Shown piece after piece: positions 9,375 through 18,663 of a stretch of DNA of 64,000 bases; the first letter of the stretch is position 1, and each line of letters opens with the position of its first letter. The DNA is from a virus (taxonomy: Duplodnaviria; Caudoviricetes), in IMG/VR virus record IMGVR_UViG_3300031992_000011, one strand, 5' to 3'. Under the pieces are notes generated by a model. The model was not told the DNA's origin, ran no database searches, and saw only the letters and a program-made list of their open reading frames with translations. The position numbers were made by a program, and so were the translations under genes.

Positions 9375-10958
9375 ATGAAATGGTTCAAGAAAATGACTGC
9401 GTCTGAGTACGCTTCGTCCAGTGCGTCAGTTGTCAGTCCAAGTGTTGTCCTTGCCGGCAGTGACGTAAAATTCGGGGGAAATCTCGCCATGACCGACAAC
9501 ACGAACTTTGAATTCATGAAGTTGCTCAGGGACACTGGGGTGATATCCGCTGACAAGACGTCAATCACACTTGAGGAGGCCAGCCAGATTACTTCGTTTC
9601 CGTCGGCACTCATGAACGCCACCGGCACATTGACGGCGACAAGCATACGTGAGTTGATGTTCTTCACCGGTTTCTCGACATGGCCGGCCACGTTCAGAGG
9701 ATTAGGCACCAATGAGGACGCTCTGAACCGTGAGATGATTCCCTTCACGACAACGGACATCGCATCGGCCGCGCTGCAGAGCAGACTTAGTGTGCGGAAG
9801 ATATTCATACCGGACAGGACGATATACGGTGACGGCGTAAAGATACTCAGAGACCGTGTCATACGGCAAAATTACTATTTGCGTTATCTTTATCTGCCGT
9901 CCACGTTGACGACCGTACAGGCCAACAACTTCAACCGTCTCGGTTGGAGGGGTTCGAACAGCGGAATCGCAAGCAGCGCTTTCGTCGGAGATGACCCATG
10001 TGTATTGGCTGTTGTGTGCATGGCCAAGGTCCCGCCTTCGGTCGTTAGTACGGACAATAATTTCTTTGTACATGGCAGTTTCAACCTGACAGGAATACTG
10101 GATCTGAAAATCTATGTGCCTGACGAGTCTGTCTCCGCATACAGGACGGCCACATGGTGGACGAATTATGCGCAATACATACTTCCGTTAAGCAAGTGTA
10201 CGGTGAGTTTCTATGACTCGTTTGACTGGTATTACCTTTCAAGGCATGCGCGTGACACCGGCGACCGCACAATCACCTACACACTGACGCATCTTACCGT
10301 GGAACAAGGTCCGTCGTCCATTGCCGCAGGCACTTCGGCGACTATAGTCATCTCTCCGGAAACAGGACATATTCTCCCGTTGGCCGTGAGGGTGATAAAC
10401 GCCACGCTTGACTCTTATGACAGTGCGACAGGGACCATTGTCGTCTCGAACCCGACCGGCGACGTGGAGATAGTCGCCGACGCCATATGCACTGATTATC
10501 GTGTTCTGTGGCCGGCCGCAATCACGGACTACAGCGGAACTTATTATTGTATCGCTGTTTTCAGCGGGACTCAGTCAAACACACGCGCGTGTGCCGTCCT
10601 TCCGCGTGAAGGTCTGGCGAACCCGTGCACATGGGGTCAAAGCTCTCCCGGCAGCACAAGCACCGGTACACAGCACATGTCTCGGTATTCGACAATACCC
10701 ATCCCGTACGGGGCGCAGACACTGAAGTTGACCTTCACAAACACGTCATACAACATATCGTCAGGACTTTTCAACGCAAGCGGGAAAAACCTGAAGGCGA
10801 CGGCATGGGACTCCGCCCAGTCTGCGGCAAGGGTCTACGACCTTTCGCAGTACCCGGCGGCCACGCATCTCGGCCTGAATTTCAAACGGTCCAACAACGC
10901 CGCGTTCACGTCCGCCCCGACTTTTGCCGAAATGGGACTGTCCATCACGTTCGAATAA
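9375..10958 (+). CDS. Virion surface protein with BspA-type LRR elements and Ig-like domain
   Basis: YLYLPSTLTTVQANNF repeat unit and KIYVPDESVSAYRTATWW C-cap typical of BspA/LRR_5 proteins; then an Ig-like segment (TITYTLT...VEIVA). Confidence 0.6.
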   Translation: MKWFKKMTASEYASSSASVVSPSVVLAGSDVKFGGNLAMTDNTNFEFMKLLRDTGVISADKTSITLEEASQITSFPSALMNATGTLTATSIRELMFFTGFSTWPATFRGLGTNEDALNREMIPFTTTDIASAALQSRLSVRKIFIPDRTIYGDGVKILRDRVIRQNYYLRYLYLPSTLTTVQANNFNRLGWRGSNSGIASSAFVGDDPCVLAVVCMAKVPPSVVSTDNNFFVHGSFNLTGILDLKIYVPDESVSAYRTATWWTNYAQYILPLSKCTVSFYDSFDWYYLSRHARDTGDRTITYTLTHLTVEQGPSSIAAGTSATIVISPETGHILPLAVRVINATLDSYDSATGTIVVSNPTGDVEIVADAICTDYRVLWPAAITDYSGTYYCIAVFSGTQSNTRACAVLPREGLANPCTWGQSSPGSTSTGTQHMSRYSTIPIPYGAQTLKLTFTNTSYNISSGLFNASGKNLKATAWDSAQSAARVYDLSQYPAATHLGLNFKRSNNAAFTSAPTFAEMGLSITFE

Positions 10959-11010
10959 TCGCCAATGATTCTTCCGTGGGAAAAACGTGAAATGACAAAT
11001 ATTGGTTTTA

Positions 11011-11043
11011 AGGTGTCCATCTGTTTTTGGGACACCTTTTTTT
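11011..11043 (+). terminator. Intrinsic terminator
   Basis: aggtgtcc-loop-ggacacct followed by T-run. Confidence 0.75.
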
Positions 11044-11054
11044 GACACTGACTA

Positions 11055-11061
11055 TATTTAC
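11055..11061 (+). promoter_or_regulatory. Putative late promoter TATTTAC
   Basis: Motif upstream of ATG 11083. Confidence 0.55.
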
Positions 11062-11082
11062 CTGTAAAAAGGCTTTAACACA

Positions 11083-12612
11083 ATGAAACATGTGCTCCAT
11101 AATGATGAAGGTTTCTTTCTGTACCGTGCGAACGGAAGTATGATTGTAGACTTGACTCAGATATCAAGCGAAGGCGTGTCGAAGGATTATGTGGACAACG
11201 CCATCGCGGACAAACAGGACGCAATAGATGACCTGGAATCAATACGGAGCGGCGCTTCGGCCGGTTCGACCGCGTACCAGAAACCGTCCGGCGGAATTCC
11301 GAAGTCGGACATGTCGTCAGACGTCCGGACGTCTCTCGGCAAGGCGGACACGGCGCTTCAGTCGTACACGGAGACCGATCCTGTGTTCTCGGAATCGGCT
11401 GCGCACGGGATCACTTCCTCTGACATATCAAACTGGAACTCGAAGACATCAAACACCGGCACGATAACCGGAATCACGATGAACGGTGTGTCGAAAGGAA
11501 CGTCCGGTGTCGTGGACCTGGGTACAGTGTTGACGGAGCATCAGTCTTTGGCGCAATACGCCGACGGGGCTGAGTATGACTCAACCAACCACCTTATATA
11601 TCTTAAGCACGGAAACACAAGGCTGTCCAACCCGATTAACGCGGACGATTTCATCAAGGACGGTATGGTTGACACGGTGACTATCGGCCAGCCGTCGTCA
11701 GGTTCGCACGCCGGTACCGACTGCCTCATAATCACGTTCAACACGGACGCAGGAAAGACTCCGATAGAGATACCGTTAAGTGGCATTTTCGACCCTGACG
11801 ACTATTACACGAAGGACGACATCGACAACGCTGGTTATCTCACGGGCGAGACGCAGTTGTCAAAGGGCACCACGACAGGAAGCGGAAACGCCGTTACGGA
11901 CATAAGTGTAAGCGGTCATAAAATAACATTGACGAAGGGCAGCACGTTCCTTACCTCTTACACAGAGACAGACCCGGTGTACAGCGCCAGCGCGGCTGCC
12001 GGCATAACCTCTTCGGATATATCAAATTGGAACGGCAAGACTGACAACGTAGGCACCATCACCGGCATAACGATGAATGGCTCGTCAAAAGGGACGAGCG
12101 GCGTCGTGAATCTCGGAACCGTAATCACCAGCGAGACGCAGTTGTCGAAGGGAACTGCGACCGGAAGCGGAAATGCCGTTACTGACATCAGTGTAAGCAA
12201 TCATCAGATTACACTCACAAAAGGAAAGACGTTCTTGGAGAGCGAGACGGACCCCGTGTTCGGAGCGAGCGCAGCCGCAGGCATATCTTCATCCGACATA
12301 TCCAACTGGAACTCAAAGACGGACAATGTGGGAACAATCACCGGTGTCATGATGAACGGTGTGTCGAAGGGCGCGTCCGGTGTCGTTGACCTCGGTACTG
12401 TCATCACAAGCGAGACGCAGTTGACCAAGGGGGTGACTGTTGGGTCAGGCAATGCTGTGACGGACATGTCCGTGTCCGGACATCAGATAACCTTGACGAA
12501 AGGCGCGACATACCTGACAGAGCATCAGTCCCTGTCCAACTATGTCACATATGACTACATCGGTTCGATCGATGATTTGACGAACGCCGAACTGAATGCA
12601 ATCTTCACTTAA
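11083..12612 (+). CDS. Fibre protein with triplicated modules
   Basis: Three ETDPV-S-SAA-GI-SSDISNWN-K...GVV-LGTV units, three ETQL-KG---GSGNAVTD-SVS-H-ITLTKG units and one FIKDGM module. Confidence 0.7.
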   Translation: MKHVLHNDEGFFLYRANGSMIVDLTQISSEGVSKDYVDNAIADKQDAIDDLESIRSGASAGSTAYQKPSGGIPKSDMSSDVRTSLGKADTALQSYTETDPVFSESAAHGITSSDISNWNSKTSNTGTITGITMNGVSKGTSGVVDLGTVLTEHQSLAQYADGAEYDSTNHLIYLKHGNTRLSNPINADDFIKDGMVDTVTIGQPSSGSHAGTDCLIITFNTDAGKTPIEIPLSGIFDPDDYYTKDDIDNAGYLTGETQLSKGTTTGSGNAVTDISVSGHKITLTKGSTFLTSYTETDPVYSASAAAGITSSDISNWNGKTDNVGTITGITMNGSSKGTSGVVNLGTVITSETQLSKGTATGSGNAVTDISVSNHQITLTKGKTFLESETDPVFGASAAAGISSSDISNWNSKTDNVGTITGVMMNGVSKGASGVVDLGTVITSETQLTKGVTVGSGNAVTDMSVSGHQITLTKGATYLTEHQSLSNYVTYDYIGSIDDLTNAELNAIFT

Positions 12613-12629
12613 ACTCACAACTCAGCAAT

Positions 12630-13565
12630 ATGGCAAACACAACGGTAAGAGACTTCATCAAAAAGGCACTTCAGCAATTTTACGGGAAACTCTCTACGGA
12701 CATCTTGAGCGGAAAGGAGGCTTCTTCGAACAAGGTGACTTCATTCGGTCCGTCAAGCACCGACTCGCAGTACCCGTCTGCGAAGTCCGTACACGACAAG
12801 TTCGCCTCGTTGGGCGGAACGGCCGGGATAGCCTCTGTAACAAACAACATAGTCACTTTGAAATCGGGTATTTCCGAGAACGAGGGCGTCATATCCAACA
12901 GTGACGGGGCGGACATCACGCTCCACAAGGTGGCTTCGACCGGTTCGCCTGACGACATAACTGTGCAATACAACAGTCAGAGCGTGTCATTGTCAAACGC
13001 GCTTAACTCAATCAAGTCAGGAATCGACACGGCTCAGTCAACAGGAACACAGTATATCGTGTCCGGCAGCGCGGCCAACACGCCGAACGTCACGACATAT
13101 GAGGGGACGCCCGGAACATTGTCGCCATCTTCGTCAACGACAGGCAAAGTTTACCTTGTGCCGAACGACAGCGAGTCATACACACAATACGTGACCACCC
13201 AGAGCGGTTCTGTGTACCAATGGACAAGTCTCGGCAGCACCACTGTCGACCTGACCGGTGTGGTTAAGGTGATATCCATGAACGGCAAGATGTTCTCGGT
13301 GTCAGAGGGCACTACACTGGTGGACGTCGGTGATGTCGTCAAGGAGGTATCCGGCCAGTCGTCAATCGGAAACGCGAACACAGATTACGTCCACGTCACG
13401 AGCACGACGACAAAAGACGCCAATACGGGTGGAAATGCCGTCACGTTGTCCGGACAACTGAAGACAGGTGACATAAGCGCGAACACTAACGGTGTCGCAA
13501 CAGTGGAGAACATCAAGCCGTACATTGACGGGAAAATAGTCATAAGGACTTGGTCGAACACATGA
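12630..13565 (+). CDS. Fibre/structural protein
   Basis: 311 aa, Ser/Thr-rich; GKVYLVP...YTQYV...W--LGSTTVDL motif as in phage fibre proteins. Confidence 0.55.
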   Translation: MANTTVRDFIKKALQQFYGKLSTDILSGKEASSNKVTSFGPSSTDSQYPSAKSVHDKFASLGGTAGIASVTNNIVTLKSGISENEGVISNSDGADITLHKVASTGSPDDITVQYNSQSVSLSNALNSIKSGIDTAQSTGTQYIVSGSAANTPNVTTYEGTPGTLSPSSSTTGKVYLVPNDSESYTQYVTTQSGSVYQWTSLGSTTVDLTGVVKVISMNGKMFSVSEGTTLVDVGDVVKEVSGQSSIGNANTDYVHVTSTTTKDANTGGNAVTLSGQLKTGDISANTNGVATVENIKPYIDGKIVIRTWSNT

Positions 13566-13589
13566 TAACCGCGCAAACAGCAAGCAGCA

Positions 13590-13901
13590 ATGAGTCTATG
13601 GTTGGGAAATAAGCAGATAAAGCAGTTGGGTGTCGTCTTCACGGAGGGTGACACATCGCAACTGCAGGCGTCGAACATACGCAAAGGCGCGTCAATCCTC
13701 GGAATCAACGGAACATTCAGCGACGGAAGCATGCTGGGCGGGAACACGGCGGCGACGGCAGGAAACATCATGAGCGGTTACTCCGCGTTCGTGGACGGGA
13801 ACAGGGTCGACGGGTCGCTTGAGGTGAATAACTACTACACCGGCACGGCCGAACCGACGTCGGACATAGGTAAGAACGGCGACATATATCTTAAGAAATA
13901 A
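13590..13901 (+). CDS. Small fibre-associated protein
   Basis: NIRKGASILGINGT, ATAGNIMSGYSAFVDG--V-G and EPTSDIGKNGDIYLK motifs typical of phage tail proteins. Confidence 0.6.
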   Translation: MSLWLGNKQIKQLGVVFTEGDTSQLQASNIRKGASILGINGTFSDGSMLGGNTAATAGNIMSGYSAFVDGNRVDGSLEVNNYYTGTAEPTSDIGKNGDIYLKK

Positions 13902-13921
13902 GGAAATAGAAATCGTTTTTC

Positions 13922-14638
13922 ATGACAAAAGACATCGCTAGGGCATATGCGGCAGAACTGAGGTATTATCAGGACAAGGAAGCACAGCATTCCAACGTCC
14001 TCGACATAATGGACTACATTGTCCCGTGCGGATATGATACGTATGGCGAGTATTACGCCGACGCACAAGTGTACATGCTGAGGACACTGGACTATGACGT
14101 GGTCGAAGAGCCGTACATAGACCCGGCAATGCCGCTTCCGTACCTGAATGAAAGGCGTCCGGCGTTCCTGTACACCATACACTGCGGCACGAACTACGCT
14201 TTTGTAAAAAATGACTTCGACAAAGAGGACGTGCTTTCCAAACACGGTTATCGCATGACCAAGCTCGGATATGAGTTCAGCTCAGGACCGATACTGTCGT
14301 CTGACGGTGACTTGCGCATATATTTGATATATCCGATACAGATAGACCTTAATGCCACATATTTCCTTGAGAAGTTCCGCGAGTACTTCAGTGAATATTT
14401 CACAGATGTCGCCATAGACAACAATGACATCATGATAGCGGGGAAAAAAGTGTGCGGAAGCGTGATGTTCGACCACAATGAGATGAAGGTGTTGCTGATG
14501 CAGATAAACTTCAGCGACAAGGAGGACATCATACGCGAGATATGCGGACCGAGCGCCAAGGCACCCGGATACATCGACCCGACAATATTGGGCGCTGAAC
14601 AGTTAAAAAATGAATTCGTGTCATGGCTAAGTCTCTGA
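13922..14638 (+). CDS. Lipoate-protein ligase A / BPL-LplA-LipB family catalytic-domain protein
   Basis: NNDIMIAGKKVCGS matches the NDI---GKK-SG signature; SSGPILSSDGDL aligns to a degenerate GGG-V--D-G-L. Confidence 0.65.
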   Translation: MTKDIARAYAAELRYYQDKEAQHSNVLDIMDYIVPCGYDTYGEYYADAQVYMLRTLDYDVVEEPYIDPAMPLPYLNERRPAFLYTIHCGTNYAFVKNDFDKEDVLSKHGYRMTKLGYEFSSGPILSSDGDLRIYLIYPIQIDLNATYFLEKFREYFSEYFTDVAIDNNDIMIAGKKVCGSVMFDHNEMKVLLMQINFSDKEDIIREICGPSAKAPGYIDPTILGAEQLKNEFVSWLSL

Positions 14639-16020
14639 TTTTATACCCATACTCTGACGTTCAGGTCAACCACTCAAAGAGTGCATCCGGCAATCAAGGG
14701 TACTCTTTGATCAATGAGGCGAGCAACAGTTCGAACGGATACATCCAAGATATACTTGAAACGGACAACAAGACGCTGTTGTCGACGTTCTCGAGCATGA
14801 GACCGGCGTCAAACATCTCTGTCGGCAAGATACGGCTCAATTCTATCACGTCGGTAAACCTCTATCTTCAGGTGACCAAAGGTTCTAACGCGACACTTGC
14901 GGAAATTTCGATATACGGAAGCGTAGCGGTTGACGGGACAACATATACCTCCCAGTCATACAACCCGTCGGGTGCGGTGAGCGCTTCTGCCCAGACACTG
15001 TCAGTTCCGTCTAACACAATAGGGAAAATATACACCCCAAGTTCAGACGATAGCATAGAGTTCACTGTCGCGACATCCGGATACTACACTACACAGTCAA
15101 GCAAAAACAATGATTCCACCATCAGGATATACAACGCGAACGTCACAGTTTCATATGATGACGTGTTCGAGTGCAAGGCGGAGATAGTGTCGGGTGTCGG
15201 TATCGTGTCAGCGACCACTTCCGCTCAAGATGTTGTTGACGGGGATGTCTGCACATTCACCGCTGCCGTGGATGCAGATTGGAGGTTCGTCGGATGGTTC
15301 GACAATTCTGATTTCAGCGGTGACCCGGTCTCGACTTCAGCGACTTACACCACCGTCATCACCAAAAACACGACGCTTTATCCGAAGGCAGAGACAAAAT
15401 ACGATATCAGCGTATATGGGGACACCACAAAATTCTCATACACATGCTCGTCGCAGGGAAACAAGGAATACGCGGGCGAGATTGTGACGATAACTGTCAC
15501 GCCGTCAAAGTCGATATACAAGTACTCAGGCATATACAAGGCTGACATCAACGGAAACAAACTGTCGGAACACATAACGAACGACAACCCGTACACATTC
15601 ACGATGCCGGCAGACAACGTGCGCATCTACGTCGAAATCGGCAAAGAGGTGAAAGTGTACGTCAACTGCGTAAACTGCTCGCTCTCTTCCGGAACATCAC
15701 CGGTGGTCTCGTCGAGCGGCAAAACCGAGACAATCTCACTGGTGTATGACACGACAACGTCGGATTGGTCCGGCATCTATCAGGATCCGGGGCACACAAT
15801 CCGTCTGACCGGCGAAACATCGTACACGTTCGTCATGCCGGAGAATGACGTGTACCTTTATGCGAAGGCCATCGGGAAACAGCAGATTTATGTACGCGAG
15901 AACGGCACTTGGCAGACATATAGCGGAGTCTATGTCAAGGAGAACGGACAGTGGGTTCGCAAGGACGATTATGAAGGCATATTTGACGCCCTCAAGAACT
16001 ATGTCCACATTAAACTATAA
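14623..16020 (+). CDS. Virion protein with InlB B-repeat-like (Flg_new-type) domains
   Basis: FTAAVDADWRFVGWF...STSATYT, NPYTFTMPADNV and SYTFVMPENDV repeats; C-terminal YV(R/K)ENG-W duplicated. Confidence 0.6.
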   Translation: MAKSLILYPYSDVQVNHSKSASGNQGYSLINEASNSSNGYIQDILETDNKTLLSTFSSMRPASNISVGKIRLNSITSVNLYLQVTKGSNATLAEISIYGSVAVDGTTYTSQSYNPSGAVSASAQTLSVPSNTIGKIYTPSSDDSIEFTVATSGYYTTQSSKNNDSTIRIYNANVTVSYDDVFECKAEIVSGVGIVSATTSAQDVVDGDVCTFTAAVDADWRFVGWFDNSDFSGDPVSTSATYTTVITKNTTLYPKAETKYDISVYGDTTKFSYTCSSQGNKEYAGEIVTITVTPSKSIYKYSGIYKADINGNKLSEHITNDNPYTFTMPADNVRIYVEIGKEVKVYVNCVNCSLSSGTSPVVSSSGKTETISLVYDTTTSDWSGIYQDPGHTIRLTGETSYTFVMPENDVYLYAKAIGKQQIYVRENGTWQTYSGVYVKENGQWVRKDDYEGIFDALKNYVHIKL

Positions 16021-16038
16021 AAACATGATTCGTAAGAT

Positions 16039-17115
16039 ATGAACAGCAGCGACACACAAGTGAACCAATTGGTCATCAACTTGATTGAATCAAGGTCAGA
16101 TTTTGACACAATGAAATCAAACGGTCTCAGCGCCAACGAATTGTACCTTGTGTCAAACGACAGCACATATCCGGTGACAGAAATCAACTACGTGTCGACC
16201 GGCACACCGAAATTCACATATAAGACGGAGGATGGAACGGTGACAGACATCATCACGCTGTCGAACCTCAAGACAGCGCTCAACCTGTCGTCCGTGGCGT
16301 CTGACGGGCAATACACCTCACTGACTTCAAAACCGCAGATAAACGGGGTCGAACTGTCCGGTAACAAGACGACGTCCGACCTCGGAATCACACTCAACTA
16401 CGCGTCGGACTCAATCACAAACAAACCGTCAATAAACGGTGTCACCCTTACTGGCAACCAGACGACAAGGGCACTCGGCATCAACTATGGAGACCTCAAC
16501 AACCTGCCTGATATACCGTCCGTGACAAGCGAGTACGTGAAAGGGAGCACAAGCGCAGCACTTACAGCGGCAGGCGTTGACCAGGCGCTCGAAAACTATG
16601 TGCCTAAGACCCGTTCGGTCACAGGCACCGGCGCTCTGTCAGGCGGCGGCCAGCTTACAGGCGACATTTCAATAACGCACACCAGTGCGCCGACCGGACT
16701 TGTCACTTCACCGGTAAAGGTCGGTGTGGACAACTACGGTCATGTCTGCGTCGGTTCTAATATACTTCCCGAGGAAATCGGCGCGGTTCCGGTGAAATAC
16801 GCCACGACAAACTCGATATCCTCGCTTGACGGAACGAACACCGTGCTGGTCGTAAACTGCGGACAGAGCGAATCGTTCGGTTTCTCGACCATCCCGACAG
16901 TCGGAAGAGTCACCACACTGTACTGCGTCAATGCGTCCGAGAACCAGATAACACTGACAATTCCTAACGCCATAGCGGATTCCGTGTTCGTGGACGGCAC
17001 ACTGATTTCCGCAAACCACAACGTGACGCTATCCGTAAGGCAATGCAAGAGGTTCGACTTCACAATCATCCCGATGGGCGAGACAACGGCGGCGGCATTC
17101 ATAAACATATTTTAA
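16039..17115 (+). CDS. Tail fibre protein
   Basis: Two KP-INGV-L-GN-TT--LGI repeats and TGTGALSGGGQLTGDISI motif typical of phage fibres. Confidence 0.65.
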   Translation: MNSSDTQVNQLVINLIESRSDFDTMKSNGLSANELYLVSNDSTYPVTEINYVSTGTPKFTYKTEDGTVTDIITLSNLKTALNLSSVASDGQYTSLTSKPQINGVELSGNKTTSDLGITLNYASDSITNKPSINGVTLTGNQTTRALGINYGDLNNLPDIPSVTSEYVKGSTSAALTAAGVDQALENYVPKTRSVTGTGALSGGGQLTGDISITHTSAPTGLVTSPVKVGVDNYGHVCVGSNILPEEIGAVPVKYATTNSISSLDGTNTVLVVNCGQSESFGFSTIPTVGRVTTLYCVNASENQITLTIPNAIADSVFVDGTLISANHNVTLSVRQCKRFDFTIIPMGETTAAAFINIF

Positions 17116-17213
17116 CATGATCGGAAACAGATGGGTGGGGTCGAGTAGTATCATCCCCGCACAAAACACACTGTCATTCCGAATTTAACCGGAAATTTAT
17201 CAGAACAATACAC

Positions 17214-17220
17214 TATTTAT
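17214..17220 (+). promoter_or_regulatory. Putative late promoter TATTTAT
   Basis: cacTATTTAT upstream of scaffold ATG 17254. Confidence 0.65.
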
Positions 17221-17253
17221 TTAGAAAATAAGAAAATTACTTGTCAAACAGCG

Positions 17254-18594
17254 ATGGCAAAGAACATAAGAAGCAAATACATCAAGAATCTCATCGACGA
17301 GCAGAAGGGCCTTGACGCCAAACTCGAGGAGACCACAAAGGAAACCCTCAGGAGCATACTGAAGGAGACCGTCTCCGAAGAGTTCAAGAAGATACTCAGC
17401 GAGAGCGATGACGATTATGAAGAGGAAGAGGTGACCGCTGACGGCGCGATTGACGCCGCTGACGAAGTCCCTGTGGATACCCCTGACGAAACGGAAGGCG
17501 GAGAAGACACCGCGGAAGAACCTGAGTTGGACGGCGCTGACGCAGAAGAAGGCGAAGACGCTGCCGGGGAAGATGAAGAGGGGATATGGGATTCGCTCGA
17601 GCAGTACAAGAACGAAGACGGCGAGTACGACCTTACAGGCTTCAGCGCAGAAAACGCTGCAAGGGTGCTTAAGGTGATGGATCCGGACAAGGACGGCGTG
17701 CGCATCGTACGCAAAGGCGACAAGATCGAGCTCAGCGACGAGGCCAACGACGCGGAATATGTCATTGAACTCGAACCGGAGCCCGAGAACGAATACGAGA
17801 TAGACATCGAGGAATCGGTCGACGAGTGTGACGCGAACATGTTCGAGTCAGAGAACACGGGAAACACCGAATACACTGACGGATACCAGAGGGAGACTGC
17901 CATGACGATGGATCCTGACGACGGCGAAAAGACACGCAATTGGAACGCCGGCACACCGACAGGGAACGGAAAGCGTTGGGTCGGCAACAAGAGTGACATG
18001 AGCCCGTACAACAAAAAGGTCAACGAGGAGGCAATTGTCGAGGTTGTCACAGACGACAGGCCGGACGAGTATGCGGAGACGCAGAGTAACAAACGCAGCG
18101 CCACGGAGGATCTGCACTACGGTTACGGCGACATACGCAGACATGACAGGCACCGCATCGGTGCGCAAAACCCGACAATGAACCGACGCACTGAAGAATC
18201 CATCAAGCGCAAGGCGAACGAGATTTTCCGCGAGAACAAGCAGCTCAAGCAGGTCGCGGAGAAGATAATGAAGAAACTTGACGAGGCGTACGTGCTCAAC
18301 CACAACCTCGGCAGGATAATCAAACTCGTCACCGAGAATGCCACCACAAGAGACGAGAAAATCGACATCGTTAACCGCTTCAACGACACCCGCTCAATCG
18401 ACGAGAGCAACCGCGTCTACGAACAGATAGACCGCGAACTCAAGTCGTCAAAGCAGACAAGCAACGTCGACAAGGTGGTGAACGGTACGATCACCGAGGC
18501 CAAACAACCGGGCGTGGTGGAGACATCACTCTACCAGTCTGACGACCTCTACAAGACCATCAACATGATGGAAAGGTTGGAGAGAATCAAATAA
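17254..18594 (+). CDS. Prohead core/scaffolding protein (T4 gp22-like)
   Basis: Highly acidic, coiled-coil, directly upstream of the major capsid gene; many candidate L/I-x-E protease sites (ILSES, ITEA). Confidence 0.75.
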   Translation: MAKNIRSKYIKNLIDEQKGLDAKLEETTKETLRSILKETVSEEFKKILSESDDDYEEEEVTADGAIDAADEVPVDTPDETEGGEDTAEEPELDGADAEEGEDAAGEDEEGIWDSLEQYKNEDGEYDLTGFSAENAARVLKVMDPDKDGVRIVRKGDKIELSDEANDAEYVIELEPEPENEYEIDIEESVDECDANMFESENTGNTEYTDGYQRETAMTMDPDDGEKTRNWNAGTPTGNGKRWVGNKSDMSPYNKKVNEEAIVEVVTDDRPDEYAETQSNKRSATEDLHYGYGDIRRHDRHRIGAQNPTMNRRTEESIKRKANEIFRENKQLKQVAEKIMKKLDEAYVLNHNLGRIIKLVTENATTRDEKIDIVNRFNDTRSIDESNRVYEQIDRELKSSKQTSNVDKVVNGTITEAKQPGVVETSLYQSDDLYKTINMMERLERIK

Positions 18595-18620
18595 ACAACG
18601 GTATTTCCGGAGTTTGGCAC

Positions 18621-18627
18621 TATTTAT
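18621..18627 (+). promoter_or_regulatory. Putative late promoter TATTTAT
   Basis: cacTATTTAT upstream of MCP ATG 18664. Confidence 0.65.
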
Positions 18628-18663
18628 TATTTGTATAAAACAAAAAAGAACATATCTTAGAAT

